Part shown: one piece after another, positions 1 to 10,066 of the stretch
How positions within the stretch are numbered: the stretch's first letter is position 1
Layout: each line of letters starts with the position of its first letter
Source of the DNA: Elusimicrobiota bacterium
Lineage (GTDB): Bacteria; Elusimicrobiota; Elusimicrobia; UBA1565; UBA9628
Length of the DNA: 64,000 nucleotides
NCBI GenBank assembly: GCA_027319565.1
Contig: DAHVNA010000001.1
Location: forward strand, 159,886-223,885
Reading direction: 5' to 3'
The notes under the pieces: generated by a model
What the model was told of the DNA's origin: nothing
Databases searched by the model: none
Seen by the model: only the letters and a program-made list of their open reading frames with translations
Program-made: the position numbers and the translations under genes

Positions 1-1
1 T

Positions 2-853
2 GGCAATAAGTCGACCACCTCCGAGCAGATTTTGCGCTTGGACGGCTCTTCTCCCCAGGTGAGTTTGAGAGCGGACCCCACGCTTTTTTCGCCCGGGACG
101 GGCTCTCAGAAAAACGAGACGACTCTATTGTTGGGATATAAGGCCAAGGCCGACATCTCTAAATGGAAATTGTCCATTGACTTAAAAAAGGGAGAAGTCG
201 CGCGCGTTTTCTCGGGCCTTGGGCGTCCGCCGCAAAATATCCCATGGGACGGGAAAAACGCCTACGGGCGCATTCTTCCCGATGGGACTTACGACGCGTT
301 TTTGAAAGTCATTGACGAAGTCGGCAACGAGGGGCTTAGCCCCGCCGCTAAAATCACGATCGACACCTCAAAACCAGTCGCCACTGTCGTCGCCCAAACC
401 GAGCAGTTGGAAGACCTAAGCGTTCCTCTGACCGTTACGAAAGACGCGGACAAGGATATCGTTATTTCCTTGGCCAGCGAGGTCCTTTTTGATAGCGGCA
501 AGTCGACTTTAAAAGATGCGGCCGACAATACCCTTTTAAGAGCCGCCTATCTTATTAAGCGTTATCCCCATCGCGCCGTTTTAATTAATGGGTATACCGA
601 CAATGTGCCAATCCATGACGCGTCGTTTAAAAACAACCAACAGCTTTCAAAAGCGCGGGCCGAGGCCGTAATGAAGTTCTTGGCCTTTAAGGCGAATATT
701 CCCGCCTCTCGGATGAAAGCCCAGGGCTTTGGGGATAAAAATCCTATCGCCTCTAACGACGATCCCGAGGGCCGGCAAAAGAACCGCCGCGTGGAAATTG
801 TTTTGACCAGCAATACCCATCGATCTCATGCGACTAAGGAGGAGAATCAATGA
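2..853 (+). CDS. OmpA/MotB-family peptidoglycan-binding protein with FlgD-like Ig domain (5'-truncated by window edge)
   Basis: Frame is open from base 2; WDGKN..G..LPDG.Y FlgD-Ig motif; C-terminal VLFDSGKS, GYTDNVP, LSKARAEAV, NRRVEI OmpA motifs. Confidence 0.9.
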   Translation, partial: GNKSTTSEQILRLDGSSPQVSLRADPTLFSPGTGSQKNETTLLLGYKAKADISKWKLSIDLKKGEVARVFSGLGRPPQNIPWDGKNAYGRILPDGTYDAFLKVIDEVGNEGLSPAAKITIDTSKPVATVVAQTEQLEDLSVPLTVTKDADKDIVISLASEVLFDSGKSTLKDAADNTLLRAAYLIKRYPHRAVLINGYTDNVPIHDASFKNNQQLSKARAEAVMKFLAFKANIPASRMKAQGFGDKNPIASNDDPEGRQKNRRVEIVLTSNTHRSHATKEENQ

Positions 854-1464
854 TTCATATTAATTTTTTGGAAATTCTAAAAACGAGTTTTACCCTGGTC
901 ATATTGCTTTTTTGCTCCTTGGTGACCATGACTTTCGCCATTGAGAGATGGTGGTATTACCGCTCGGTCAGAATCGACGTCGAAAAATTCATGACGGCAA
1001 TCAAAGAATTTTTGGAGGCCCACAAACACGCGGAAGCCCTCAATCTCGCGTCGAATTCTCCGGGGCCTGTCGCGGCAATAGTCCGCATCGCCCTTTTAAA
1101 TCGCAGTCGCCCTAAAAGCGAGGCCGCCGCCCTTTTAAGCGCCGCGCAGATTGATGAAAGGGGAAAACTGGAGCGTTATCTCGGCATTTTGGGAACCATG
1201 GGAAATACCGCGCCGTTTATTGGCCTCTTTGGAACCGTGGTGGGAATTATTAAGGCTTTTCATGATTTGGCTCTTTCCGGATCGGGAGGGCCTTCGGTCG
1301 TCGCTGCGGGAATCGCGGAAGCGCTGGTGGCGACGGCCAGCGGGCTTGCGGTCGCTATTCCATCGGCGATGCTCTATAACTATTTTGTCAAAAAGGTCAA
1401 GGATATCGCTTCTGACATGGAAGCTTCCTCGATTCGGATTCTAGTTTATTTGGGGCTTAGCTGA
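850..1464 (+). CDS. exbB: MotA/TolQ/ExbB proton channel protein
   Basis: APFIGLFGTVVGII and GIAEALVATASGL.VAIP motifs. Confidence 0.9.
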   Translation: MIHINFLEILKTSFTLVILLFCSLVTMTFAIERWWYYRSVRIDVEKFMTAIKEFLEAHKHAEALNLASNSPGPVAAIVRIALLNRSRPKSEAAALLSAAQIDERGKLERYLGILGTMGNTAPFIGLFGTVVGIIKAFHDLALSGSGGPSVVAAGIAEALVATASGLAVAIPSAMLYNYFVKKVKDIASDMEASSIRILVYLGLS

Positions 1465-1880
1465 TGCAGACCGGTTCTTCAAACAACTCGATTATCACCG
1501 ACATCAATGTAACTCCCTTGGTCGACGTCTGCTTGGTTTTAGTGATTATTTTCATGGTGGTAGCGCCGCTGGCGATGCAGGCTTCCATTGAAGTCGCTTC
1601 TACCCGGGTCGGAGCGCCCAAAGCTCGGGCGGCTTTGACCAAGAATGTCGACGTGGTTTTGGACGCGCGGGGAACGGTCACGATTAATGGAACTCCGGTG
1701 GCTTGGGAGAATCTGCCCCAGGCGTTGAGAAAGGCGATTTCCCGTAGCCAGGATCGCTTGGTCGGGCTTAAGGCTTCTCCCAAGGCGCCTTTAGGCAAGG
1801 TGGTTGAGATTTTAGATGATTCCAAACAGAACGGCGCTAAAAAAGTAGCCTTGATCAATCCCAAAGAAGGAGGAAGTTGA
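1464..1880 (+). CDS. exbD: ExbD/TolR family protein
   Basis: INVTPLVDVCLVLVIIFMV motif. Confidence 0.9.
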   Translation: MQTGSSNNSIITDINVTPLVDVCLVLVIIFMVVAPLAMQASIEVASTRVGAPKARAALTKNVDVVLDARGTVTINGTPVAWENLPQALRKAISRSQDRLVGLKASPKAPLGKVVEILDDSKQNGAKKVALINPKEGGS

Positions 1881-2299
1881 TGGCGATAGGGCAAGGAAAG
1901 TCGGGCGAGCCGATTACCTCGATTAACATCACGCCCTTAGTGGATGTCAGCCTTGTTTTGGTCATTATTTTTATGGTCGCCGCGCCGCTTTTAACACAGC
2001 CGATTTTGCCGGTTCAGCTTCCTAAAGCCGTGACGGATGAGGGAAAGGAAAGAGAAAATATCACGATTACGATTACCAAGGACGGCCAATGGGCGCTCAA
2101 TGCCGATCCGACGACTCCTGAAACTCTTCCCTCGGTTTTGCCCTCGCTTTTGGCGAAAAATAAAGATAAATACGTGATCATCCGGGCGGATGCCGATTCT
2201 CCCTATTCCTACACTTTGGAAGCGCTTAAAATCGCGAAAGCGGCCGGGGCCAAGGATTATGCGGTGGCGACAGTCGAGAAAAAGAGAGTATCTCCGTGA
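1877..2299 (+). CDS. exbD: ExbD/TolR family protein (second copy)
   Basis: INITPLVDVSLVLVIIFMV, LPKA, IIRAD motifs. Confidence 0.9.
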   Translation: MMAIGQGKSGEPITSINITPLVDVSLVLVIIFMVAAPLLTQPILPVQLPKAVTDEGKERENITITITKDGQWALNADPTTPETLPSVLPSLLAKNKDKYVIIRADADSPYSYTLEALKIAKAAGAKDYAVATVEKKRVSP

Positions 2300-3417
2300 G
2301 TAAGGATGCGACTAGGCTTGAGACTTCGGCGGGTTTAGCCGCCGCTATTCATGCTTCCCTTTTCGGGCTCTATCTTTTGCTCAAAGCAACCGCGCCTACC
2401 GAAGAGATGGTGAAGCTAACCCGGGTTGATTTTATCGATGAAATTCCCCAAGCCGCGCCTACTACTTCTGCCAATCCCGGTCGGCTTGAACGCGCGCCCA
2501 AAAGCTTCAAGGATTTTCTTCATATGGCCCTTCCCTCGTTTCACGCTCCAAGCCCGCCCCAAGCCAAGTTGGAAGAAATGCAAACCAGCCCCGCTTTAAA
2601 CTCGCCCAAAGAGACTTTGCCTTCTCCCCGTATCACGCTTAAAACCAGCGCTAATTCCGTTCATATGAATTTTCGCTTTGCGCCCGCTCATTTAAAATCG
2701 GCGGATTCGCATTTGTCGGATATCTCTTCCCCGCAAGCAGTTCCACAAGAAACGCCCCAAGACATGCCAAATTCAAAGCCGATTGCGTTAGAGGCGGTTG
2801 GAAAGGTCAAGGTTTCAGGGCAAATTCATTTTAATCAAGCGGCGCATTTTAAGAGTTCGGATCAAATACGAGATTTGCCTCAGGAAAATTTGGCGGCCTC
2901 GGGACCCGCGGCGCTGGAAGATTCTCAGCCCGGGGCGATTCAATTAAATTCCAGCTATCACGCGGCAAGCAGATCCGCCTTGCCTTCCGGCGGAGACTTG
3001 CCCATCGGCTATGATAAAGGAATTTCCTTGAAAGAGGGGGCGGTTCATCCCGCGGGAGCGAATTTGCCGCAAGCTTCTCTTGCGCCTGCCGCGACAAAAC
3101 CGGGCAAGCTTAAAAGCGTCAATCATAAAGGCATGGAGATTAGCGGTCCCTTGGCGGACCGGAAGATTTTAAAAGCGGCGGCGCCGCGCTATCCCAATTG
3201 GGCGAAAAGCCAAGGAGTGGAAGCCGATGTCATCGTCCGTTTTTATGTTTCGCCCGAGGGGCGGGTTTTAGACCGAATGATTATCGAAAGGACCTCGGGA
3301 TACCAAAGGCTTGATGAACTGTGCAAAAAAACTCTCAAGAAAATGCTTTTTGCCCCGCTTGAAAAAGGCGATCAGGTCGAATGGGGGTATATCACCTTTC
3401 ATTTCAAATTAAAATGA
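2296..3417 (+). CDS. TonB family energy transducer
   Basis: N-terminal TM with His (AAAIHASL), long Pro/Ser linker, C-terminal PRYP..AK..GVE..V.VRF.V...G TonB_C signature. Confidence 0.85.
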   Translation: MSKDATRLETSAGLAAAIHASLFGLYLLLKATAPTEEMVKLTRVDFIDEIPQAAPTTSANPGRLERAPKSFKDFLHMALPSFHAPSPPQAKLEEMQTSPALNSPKETLPSPRITLKTSANSVHMNFRFAPAHLKSADSHLSDISSPQAVPQETPQDMPNSKPIALEAVGKVKVSGQIHFNQAAHFKSSDQIRDLPQENLAASGPAALEDSQPGAIQLNSSYHAASRSALPSGGDLPIGYDKGISLKEGAVHPAGANLPQASLAPAATKPGKLKSVNHKGMEISGPLADRKILKAAAPRYPNWAKSQGVEADVIVRFYVSPEGRVLDRMIIERTSGYQRLDELCKKTLKKMLFAPLEKGDQVEWGYITFHFKLK

Positions 3418-3426
3418 GATAAAGCC

Positions 3427-4026
3427 ATGGCTCAAGAAAGCTCGCAATTGACCTTAAACCGCCGAAGGCGCTATTTTATCGATACGGAAATTCAATTGCC
3501 GCTGACCCTGGGTCTTATTTTTATCGCGACGGTTGAGGGAGTTTTCGTGGGATGGGGGCTCAGCCGGATTATTCATCTTGCCTTTGATTGGCAGAATGCT
3601 CGCCAGATTTTAGAATTCTTCGCTTTTCTTGTCATGACTTTCTTGCCGATGGTCCTCATTAATTTTTGGCTGAGCGCATGGTTTACCCATCGGATGATTG
3701 GGCCGCTCTCAAGGGCGCGCAAAGCGCTGTCTTCCGTTGTAGAGGGAAATTTGGAATGCGAGATTATTCCCAGGGAAGGCGACTTTCTCCGCCATTATCT
3801 GGAAGACGTCAACTCGGCCGTGCGGACCTTAAAACGCCTCATTTACCGAGATCATCAATACGTTCAGGAAACAGTCGAACTCTTAAACCAGTGCCGCGAT
3901 AAAATCGAGAGTAGCGGCCTTCCCAGCGAGGCGAAAAACGATCTTCAAAAACTCATTTCCCAAGCCAAAAGCCGCCTGAGTATTGTCAATGTCCATTTCG
4001 TGCGTCACCGAGGGGATAAGACATGA
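3427..4026 (+). CDS. Two-TM membrane protein with HAMP-like domain
   Basis: RRRYFID start, two hydrophobic helices, THRMIGPL.R...GNL...REGD HAMP-like segment. Confidence 0.7.
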   Translation: MAQESSQLTLNRRRRYFIDTEIQLPLTLGLIFIATVEGVFVGWGLSRIIHLAFDWQNARQILEFFAFLVMTFLPMVLINFWLSAWFTHRMIGPLSRARKALSSVVEGNLECEIIPREGDFLRHYLEDVNSAVRTLKRLIYRDHQYVQETVELLNQCRDKIESSGLPSEAKNDLQKLISQAKSRLSIVNVHFVRHRGDKT

Positions 4027-4403
4027 AAAAAACAGATGAAGCGGTCTTGATCGTAGATGATGACGATGGCATGCGGGAGTTGGCCGAAGTGATGTGTAAG
4101 CAGATGAAGCTTAAAACTTTCTCCGCTTCGGACACCGTCGCCGCCCGGCGCTATCTTGAAGAAAATATCCCGCGCTTGATTCTTCTCGACATCATGATGC
4201 CGGACGGAAACGGCATCGAGTTTTGTCAGTGGATGCGTTCGCAAGAGGAGTTTAAAAATGTTTCAATTATCGTAACAAGCGCTTTAAAAGAAGAAGAAAC
4301 GATTCAAGACGCTTTTAAAGTCGGCGCCAATGACTTTTTGTCAAAGCCCTTCGAGGTGGTGATTTTTATGGAGAAACTGGGACGTTGGATTAAAGATAAA
4401 TGA
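4023..4403 (+). CDS. Single-domain response regulator (CheY-like receiver)
   Basis: VLIVDDD, LILLDIMMP, TS, GANDFLSKPF. Confidence 0.92.
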   Translation: MKKTDEAVLIVDDDDGMRELAEVMCKQMKLKTFSASDTVAARRYLEENIPRLILLDIMMPDGNGIEFCQWMRSQEEFKNVSIIVTSALKEEETIQDAFKVGANDFLSKPFEVVIFMEKLGRWIKDK

Positions 4404-5374
4404 GAGCGGCTATTTTAGCTTGTTTGTTTTTTGGAGGCGTTCTCTTTGCCGCGGCGGATTCTCAAAACGGCGGGAATGCCGCGAGCGGGCAAGGAGTGTT
4501 GCCGGAGGTCCTCATCGAAGCCGAGCATAACAAGCCTTTGCCGTTGTCCAAACCACCCTTGAGTTTTGATGTCAAGGAAGACCAGCCAATCGAAAAGATT
4601 CTCAAACAAACGGACCGTTCTTTGATGAATCGTCTTCCTTCTCAAATACTAAAATCAAACGTCTTTAAGCCAGAGATTTCAGTCAGCTCTCGGGTTATTA
4701 TTCCGTCCCAGATTTGGATTGTCCGGCCTTGGGCGGGAGATTTCGCGCATGTTTTTCACCCGCAAAATATCCTATCAAGCATTCACGCCTTTGAAGATAA
4801 TCGAAACGAGCGCAAGAAGGCAGTTTGGGAAATGGACGTGGTCGATGGAGAGGGAAAATCAATCCAGCATTTTTCCGGTTCCGGAGTCGTGCCCAAGCGG
4901 ATACCCTTTGACGGGAAAGACAAGGATGGAAAATGGATCGAAGTCGGAGAGACCTACATGGGAGTTCTCAAAAACACCGATTCTCAAGGCAGGATTCATA
5001 CCGCCTACGGCCGTCCTTTTAAAATAGCGGGGCTCAGCCTCAAGAATTCTTCCTCTTTTTCTATCGACTTGGACGCGGGAGTTCTTTTTTCCACCTCTTC
5101 TGCCGTTCTTGAGTTTTCTCCCTTCGGGCGGGAACTGATTGTAGAAGCCGCCCAGTTGCTGCAAAGATATTATCCCGGCTTTTCGGTTGCGGCATCTCTT
5201 TCGAGCAAACGCTTAAATTCCCAAGAACTTAAAAAAGCCGTTTCCCTGTGCGCCGAGGAAATCGCAAATAGACTCATTATTTCCTCGTCTAATATCCGAA
5301 AGAGTTGGAACCGTCAAGATGCGGGAGGAGAGGGAGTTCTCGCCATTTCAGTCCAATCCCAGGCTCGGCCGTAA
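4400..5374 (+). CDS. Exported hypothetical protein with FlgD-like segment and degenerate OmpA-like C-terminus
   Basis: Signal peptide; IPFDGKDKDG motif parallels IPWDGKNAYG in the first ORF. Confidence 0.6.
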   Translation: MRAAILACLFFGGVLFAAADSQNGGNAASGQGVLPEVLIEAEHNKPLPLSKPPLSFDVKEDQPIEKILKQTDRSLMNRLPSQILKSNVFKPEISVSSRVIIPSQIWIVRPWAGDFAHVFHPQNILSSIHAFEDNRNERKKAVWEMDVVDGEGKSIQHFSGSGVVPKRIPFDGKDKDGKWIEVGETYMGVLKNTDSQGRIHTAYGRPFKIAGLSLKNSSSFSIDLDAGVLFSTSSAVLEFSPFGRELIVEAAQLLQRYYPGFSVAASLSSKRLNSQELKKAVSLCAEEIANRLIISSSNIRKSWNRQDAGGEGVLAISVQSQARP

Positions 5375-5381
5375 GAATCGT

Positions 5382-6014
5382 TTATCTCACTGTGCCGTTT
5401 TTTTTGGCTCGCCAAAATTCAAAAAGGCCTGGAAGCAAGGAAATAAAGATGACGACCAGAATGACCAAATGGATGCGTCGGCCGATGTTGGGGATTAGCC
5501 CTGCCAAGGAATAGCCTCCGCCGGCCATGGCGAGAATCCAAAGAAGGCCGCCGACGATATTGTAAGCGACGAAACGAGAGTAAGGCATTTCAGCCACTCC
5601 GGCGACCGCGGGGGCGAAAGTTCTGACAATGGGAATAAAACGGGCCAAAACGATGGTTTTCGCTCCATATTGTTCATAAAAATCGTGCGCCCGCCGCAAG
5701 TGTTTTTTCTTAAAAAAAAGAGAATCCTCTTTTTGAAAAAGGCTGTGTCCGGCCTTAAGCCCGATTCCGTATCCGATTTGATCTCCTAAGATGGCGGCGA
5801 TAGAAGCGGCGATTAAAAGCCAAGAAATAGAGAGTTCTCCCGTTTTCGCGAAAATTCCGGCCGTGACCAAAAGAGAGTCTCCGGGCAAAAAGAAACCGAA
5901 AAAAAGGCCGGTTTCGGCAAACAGGATGAGAGAAATCAGCGAAATTCCGCCCCAACTGATTAAGGCTTTGACATCATAAATTTCGCGAACGATATGGATA
6001 AGCGAGTGGATCAT
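5382..6014 (-). CDS. dedA: DedA/VTT domain membrane protein
   Basis: FAETGL..GFFLPGDSLL, ARFIPIVRTFAP motifs. Confidence 0.92.
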   Translation of the reverse strand: MIHSLIHIVREIYDVKALISWGGISLISLILFAETGLFFGFFLPGDSLLVTAGIFAKTGELSISWLLIAASIAAILGDQIGYGIGLKAGHSLFQKEDSLFFKKKHLRRAHDFYEQYGAKTIVLARFIPIVRTFAPAVAGVAEMPYSRFVAYNIVGGLLWILAMAGGGYSLAGLIPNIGRRIHLVILVVIFISLLPGLFEFWRAKKNGTVR

Positions 6015-6015
6015 T

Positions 6016-7266
6016 TTAGATGAGAAGTCCTGCGATGGCCGCGCTTAAAAAGCAGGTTAAAGAACCCGCGATCCAAGCATAAACTCCAAGGCGCGCCAGG
6101 TCTTTTCTGCGCTTGGGAGCCAAGACTCCGATTCCTCCGATTTGAATTCCGATAGAGAGAAGATTTGAAAAACCGCACAGAGCGTAGGCGGCGATGATTT
6201 GAGAGCGCATATCCAAGGCTTGGCGAACAGACAAGATTTTGGACATATCGGTGTAGGCTACAAATTCATTGAGAATCGTCTTTTCCCCCATTAAAAACCC
6301 CACGGTTTTACAATCTTTCCAGGGAACTCCCAATATCCACGCAATCGGAGACAAGGCTCGGCCCAAGATGAATTCAAGCCCGATGTCGGGGCGCCCGAAA
6401 TAGCCGAAGATAATGTGAAGCCCGGCATTAATCATCGCCAGCATCGCCATGAAGGCAATTAGCATGGCCGCAACGTTGAGCGCGAGTTTGAGCCCGGTCT
6501 CGGCTCCGCTTGCCGCCGCTTCCAAGACATTGGAGTCGGTGTTAGAGTTGAGTTTTGGAATAAAACCGCTGGTTTCCGGGGTTTGGGTCTCAGGAATGAT
6601 CAGTTTTGAGATGACCAATGAGCCAATGGCGGATAAGACGCTTGCCGCTAAAAGATGGCCGGCGATATCGGGAATGTAGGCTTTTAAAAGCCCGACATAG
6701 GCGATCATGACTCCGCCTGAAATCGTCGCCATTCCAGCCACCATCACGCAGAATAACTCGGATTCCGTCATGTTTTCTAGATAGGGTTTGACTAAAAGCG
6801 GGGCCTCTGTTTGTCCCATAAAGACGTTGGCGGCGGCGTTGAGGGTTTCCGCGCCCGAGGTTTTTAAAGCGCGTTTCATGAGATGGGCCATGAGCGAAAT
6901 TACCCATTGCATAATTCCCAGATAATAAAAAACGGACATCAGCGAAGAAAGAAAAATAACGCTGGGCAAGACTTGGAAGGCGAAGAAAAATCCGATAGAA
7001 CCGGATTGCCCCGGCGGAATCGACAGCGCGTTAAAGACAAATTTTCCGCCTTCTTCTTGAAAGGCCAAGAGGCTGGTGACCAAATCGTTGACCTTGGCAA
7101 AAACCCAGTGTCCGCTTGCGGTCTTTAAAATGAGGAGTGCGAAAATAAATTGAAGGAAAACCCCCCAGCCGACCACGGCCCAATTAATTTTTTTCCCGCG
7201 GCCGCCAAGCAGGCGCGCAAACAACAGCATTGCGATAATGCCAAAGAAGCTCATCAGCCTAGGCAT
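6016..7266 (-). CDS. nupC: NupC/CNT family nucleoside transporter
   Basis: FFFAFQVLP, N.FMGQTEAPL, NEFVAY, ALCGFSN motifs. Confidence 0.92.
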   Translation of the reverse strand: MPRLMSFFGIIAMLLFARLLGGRGKKINWAVVGWGVFLQFIFALLILKTASGHWVFAKVNDLVTSLLAFQEEGGKFVFNALSIPPGQSGSIGFFFAFQVLPSVIFLSSLMSVFYYLGIMQWVISLMAHLMKRALKTSGAETLNAAANVFMGQTEAPLLVKPYLENMTESELFCVMVAGMATISGGVMIAYVGLLKAYIPDIAGHLLAASVLSAIGSLVISKLIIPETQTPETSGFIPKLNSNTDSNVLEAAASGAETGLKLALNVAAMLIAFMAMLAMINAGLHIIFGYFGRPDIGLEFILGRALSPIAWILGVPWKDCKTVGFLMGEKTILNEFVAYTDMSKILSVRQALDMRSQIIAAYALCGFSNLLSIGIQIGGIGVLAPKRRKDLARLGVYAWIAGSLTCFLSAAIAGLLI

Positions 7267-8854
7267 GGCTAAAGACCTCGGCTTTAGAATGTTTTGAAAA
7301 AGAGAGAGCGAAGAATGTTATGGATAAGAGCGCATATGCCGCGGAAAACTGATAGGGAATTTGATTGGCCGGATAGGCCAAGGTCCAAGGCCCATACATC
7401 GAGCCGTCCGGGGATGCGGAATGAACAATTCCAAAAAATGAAAAGACAGACAATAGCATGAGATAAAATGAAGAACGCTTGAGCTTCCCATCAATTAATT
7501 CCGCCATGAATGCGCCCCAGAGCATCGCGGTCAAGATAAATCCGTTTCCAAGGGCCGTAATGACAAGAACTTCGGGCAAGCCTTTTCCGACGGCATTGAG
7601 AAGAGTCTGAAATTTTTCCGGGCTAATCCAATCGGGGTTTGAAATTTTAATTTGTAAAAGCCGCGCTACGGTGGGAAAATAAGAGAAGGCGACGGCCGGG
7701 GCATGCCGGGCGGGGCAGGAGAGAAACGCCTGGCAGATGATGTCTAAGGCCACGAAAATGAGAATAGGAGCGATGACGGCCCGAGGAATTAATTCGACGA
7801 TAGCCCCTAAATATCCAAAGATTCCTCCGAGTCCTATGAAGAGCCCGGTGAGGAGTGTGTATCCATAGCGGCTTCCCATATGCTTATAGGCGGGTTGACC
7901 GATATAAGGCGTTGACTGCGCGACCCCGCCGAAAATTCCGGCAATCAAGGTCGCGACGGCCTCGGTTAGAAGAATATCCCGGGTGTTAAAATTGTCGCCC
8001 GCGACTTTTGCGCTTTCAGTGACATTGATTCCCCCGACGACGGTCAAAATTCCAAAGGGAAGGGCGATTGGCAGATATCGGAGGGAAGGAATAAAACCAT
8101 GGACAAATCCCAGTGTCGGGAGCGGAAACCCAAAATGAAAGGTGATGCTGGGGGGAGAATAATGGCCTCCCACAAGCCCATGCGGAGCCAAGAGATAATA
8201 AAGAAAAGTTCCCAGTCCTATCGCGGTTAAAACTCCGGGAAAATTCCACGGGAGTTTTCTGTGGGCGACCAAGGAATAAAGAATCAACCCCAAGGATAAA
8301 ACCCCGACTAAGGGCATTCCAAAGACCTCGGCCAAAGGGACAAATCCAATTAAGGCAAGGCCGATTCCGGCTAAGGATCCCAAAAGTCCGGCCTGGGGCA
8401 CCGCTTTTCTGACCCAATCGCCGAAAAACGAAAGAATGAGCTTTAAAACTCCAATGGAAATCATGGTCGCCATTCCGATTTCCCAGGCTTGAATGGCCGC
8501 CGCCTGCGGGGAAAGCCCCTGGTTTTTAAGCGCGATAAAAGACGGGCCGAGAACCGTCAGGGCGATTCCGATAGTCGAGGGAGTGTCCAAGCCCAAGGGC
8601 ATGGCGGTGACGGATTCCTTTCCAGTTTTTTTAGCCAGGCGAAAGGCCATCCAGGTATAGACGAGATCGCCAAAAAGAACGCCCAAAGCCGTTCCCGGAA
8701 ACATTCTTCCGTAGACGATGTTTTCCGGGAAATGAAATCCAAAAATCAGGATTCCGGCTAGGAAAGAAAGGACGGTCAGATTGTCGAAAGCAAGGCCGAA
8801 AAAACCGTTCAAATCGCCAAGCCCGATTAAATTGCCAACGGCGTTTCTTTCCAT
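7259..8854 (-). CDS. NCS2/AzgA-like nucleobase permease
   Basis: GDLNGFFGL..DN, TAMP.GLDTP, TPYIGQPAYK motifs; many TM helices. Confidence 0.75.
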   Translation of the reverse strand: MERNAVGNLIGLGDLNGFFGLAFDNLTVLSFLAGILIFGFHFPENIVYGRMFPGTALGVLFGDLVYTWMAFRLAKKTGKESVTAMPLGLDTPSTIGIALTVLGPSFIALKNQGLSPQAAAIQAWEIGMATMISIGVLKLILSFFGDWVRKAVPQAGLLGSLAGIGLALIGFVPLAEVFGMPLVGVLSLGLILYSLVAHRKLPWNFPGVLTAIGLGTFLYYLLAPHGLVGGHYSPPSITFHFGFPLPTLGFVHGFIPSLRYLPIALPFGILTVVGGINVTESAKVAGDNFNTRDILLTEAVATLIAGIFGGVAQSTPYIGQPAYKHMGSRYGYTLLTGLFIGLGGIFGYLGAIVELIPRAVIAPILIFVALDIICQAFLSCPARHAPAVAFSYFPTVARLLQIKISNPDWISPEKFQTLLNAVGKGLPEVLVITALGNGFILTAMLWGAFMAELIDGKLKRSSFYLMLLSVFSFFGIVHSASPDGSMYGPWTLAYPANQIPYQFSAAYALLSITFFALSFSKHSKAEVFSHA

Positions 8855-8925
8855 TGGTAAATTCTACCTGATTTTGAGGGCGGTAACCGAGTTGCTGGCT
8901 TGAAAATGTGTTTCCCGTTCTCGGT

Positions 8926-8993
8926 CTAGGCCTTTTGTTGGCGCGAGTCTGGGCCTTTAGGCCCAGGGAAAAAATGGGCGTTTAGCTTATACT
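8926..8993 (+). promoter_or_regulatory. Bipartite operator plus -10 box (copy 1)
   Basis: CTAGGCCTTTTG-N11-CTGGGCCTTTAGGCCC-N23-TATACT; same layout and spacing at 36938-37005. Confidence 0.7.
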
Positions 8994-8997
8994 AATA

Positions 8998-10062
8998 ATG
9001 ATGAAGGAAAAACTCTTCAAATTCCGAAAATTCCGATGGGGAATTGGGTTTCTCGCGTTATGGATGGGGTTTCCCGTTTGGGCTCTTGAGTCTTCCGCGC
9101 GCTTTGAAGAGCCGGTTCCAATTAATTTACATTCTTTTTCCAATGCCGTCCAACCCAATGATGTTTTGCCCGATCTGGGAAATTCTCCGAAAGAGATTTC
9201 TTTCCCAAGCGAAATTTTTCATAGAAAAGAGCGCCTTTTAAGTCCTCAGGTTCCTTTAGCTAGACCCCATGATCTAGCAGACAACGATCCTGCTCGGGGC
9301 TTTGTGCCATTTGAGAGAGTTGTCGAAAATTCCCCAAAATCCGTATTTCAGACGAAAACCGCTTCTCGCCTCAATCAGGAGTCGTTTAAAAGTCCTGTTA
9401 GCGGCGGGGTTCTTTTTGACGGCGCTCAAGAAAAAGAGGGGCCGTGGAAATACGATTTGGAGGGAGCGTTGTGGTTTTCCGGTCAACAGGCGCAACTGAT
9501 AGGTTCCGGTTCTTATGGGCGCGTTTTTGCGCATCCCGCTAATCAAGACTGGGTCGTTAAAGTGATTCACGGCAGCAGGATTTACGGGGCGACCGCGTTT
9601 TATGAACATCCGGAATTTTCCAATCTTGAGAAATTGTCTCAAGCCCATCTTTCTCCGCGCCCGATAGATACGGGTCTCATAAATGGCATTCCCTATATTA
9701 TTTCAGAGCGGGTGCATGGCGCGACCTTAGGAGACATCATTGGCGAGAAAAAATTTGGCATTAGGGAGTTAAAATTATTGCGGCAGATGTTTAACTCTCT
9801 TTTAAAGAGCCGGTTTTCCATCGTCGATCTAACCCCCAGCAATGTCATGTTGGGGCATACGGCGTCTAATCCAGAACCCCAAGCCTATATTATTGACGCG
9901 GGGCTTTTAACTTCGATTAGCGTTTTTGCTAATCCTTTTATTGATATCCAAGATTTGGTGAAAGATTGCAACGATTTGCTACGCCGATCAGGGAGCGTTC
10001 GAAAAATCGAGTTTGCGCGCCGGGAGATTGGTCATAAAGCCGCGCTTTTTTTCTCGCGTTAA
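8998..10062 (+). CDS. Signal-peptide-bearing protein with C-terminal protein-kinase-like domain
   Basis: GSGSYGRV glycine loop, VVK lysine, DLTPSN catalytic loop, IIDAG (DFG equivalent); N-terminal signal peptide and low-complexity linker. Confidence 0.75.
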   Translation: MMKEKLFKFRKFRWGIGFLALWMGFPVWALESSARFEEPVPINLHSFSNAVQPNDVLPDLGNSPKEISFPSEIFHRKERLLSPQVPLARPHDLADNDPARGFVPFERVVENSPKSVFQTKTASRLNQESFKSPVSGGVLFDGAQEKEGPWKYDLEGALWFSGQQAQLIGSGSYGRVFAHPANQDWVVKVIHGSRIYGATAFYEHPEFSNLEKLSQAHLSPRPIDTGLINGIPYIISERVHGATLGDIIGEKKFGIRELKLLRQMFNSLLKSRFSIVDLTPSNVMLGHTASNPEPQAYIIDAGLLTSISVFANPFIDIQDLVKDCNDLLRRSGSVRKIEFARREIGHKAALFFSR

Positions 10063-10066
10063 TTTA

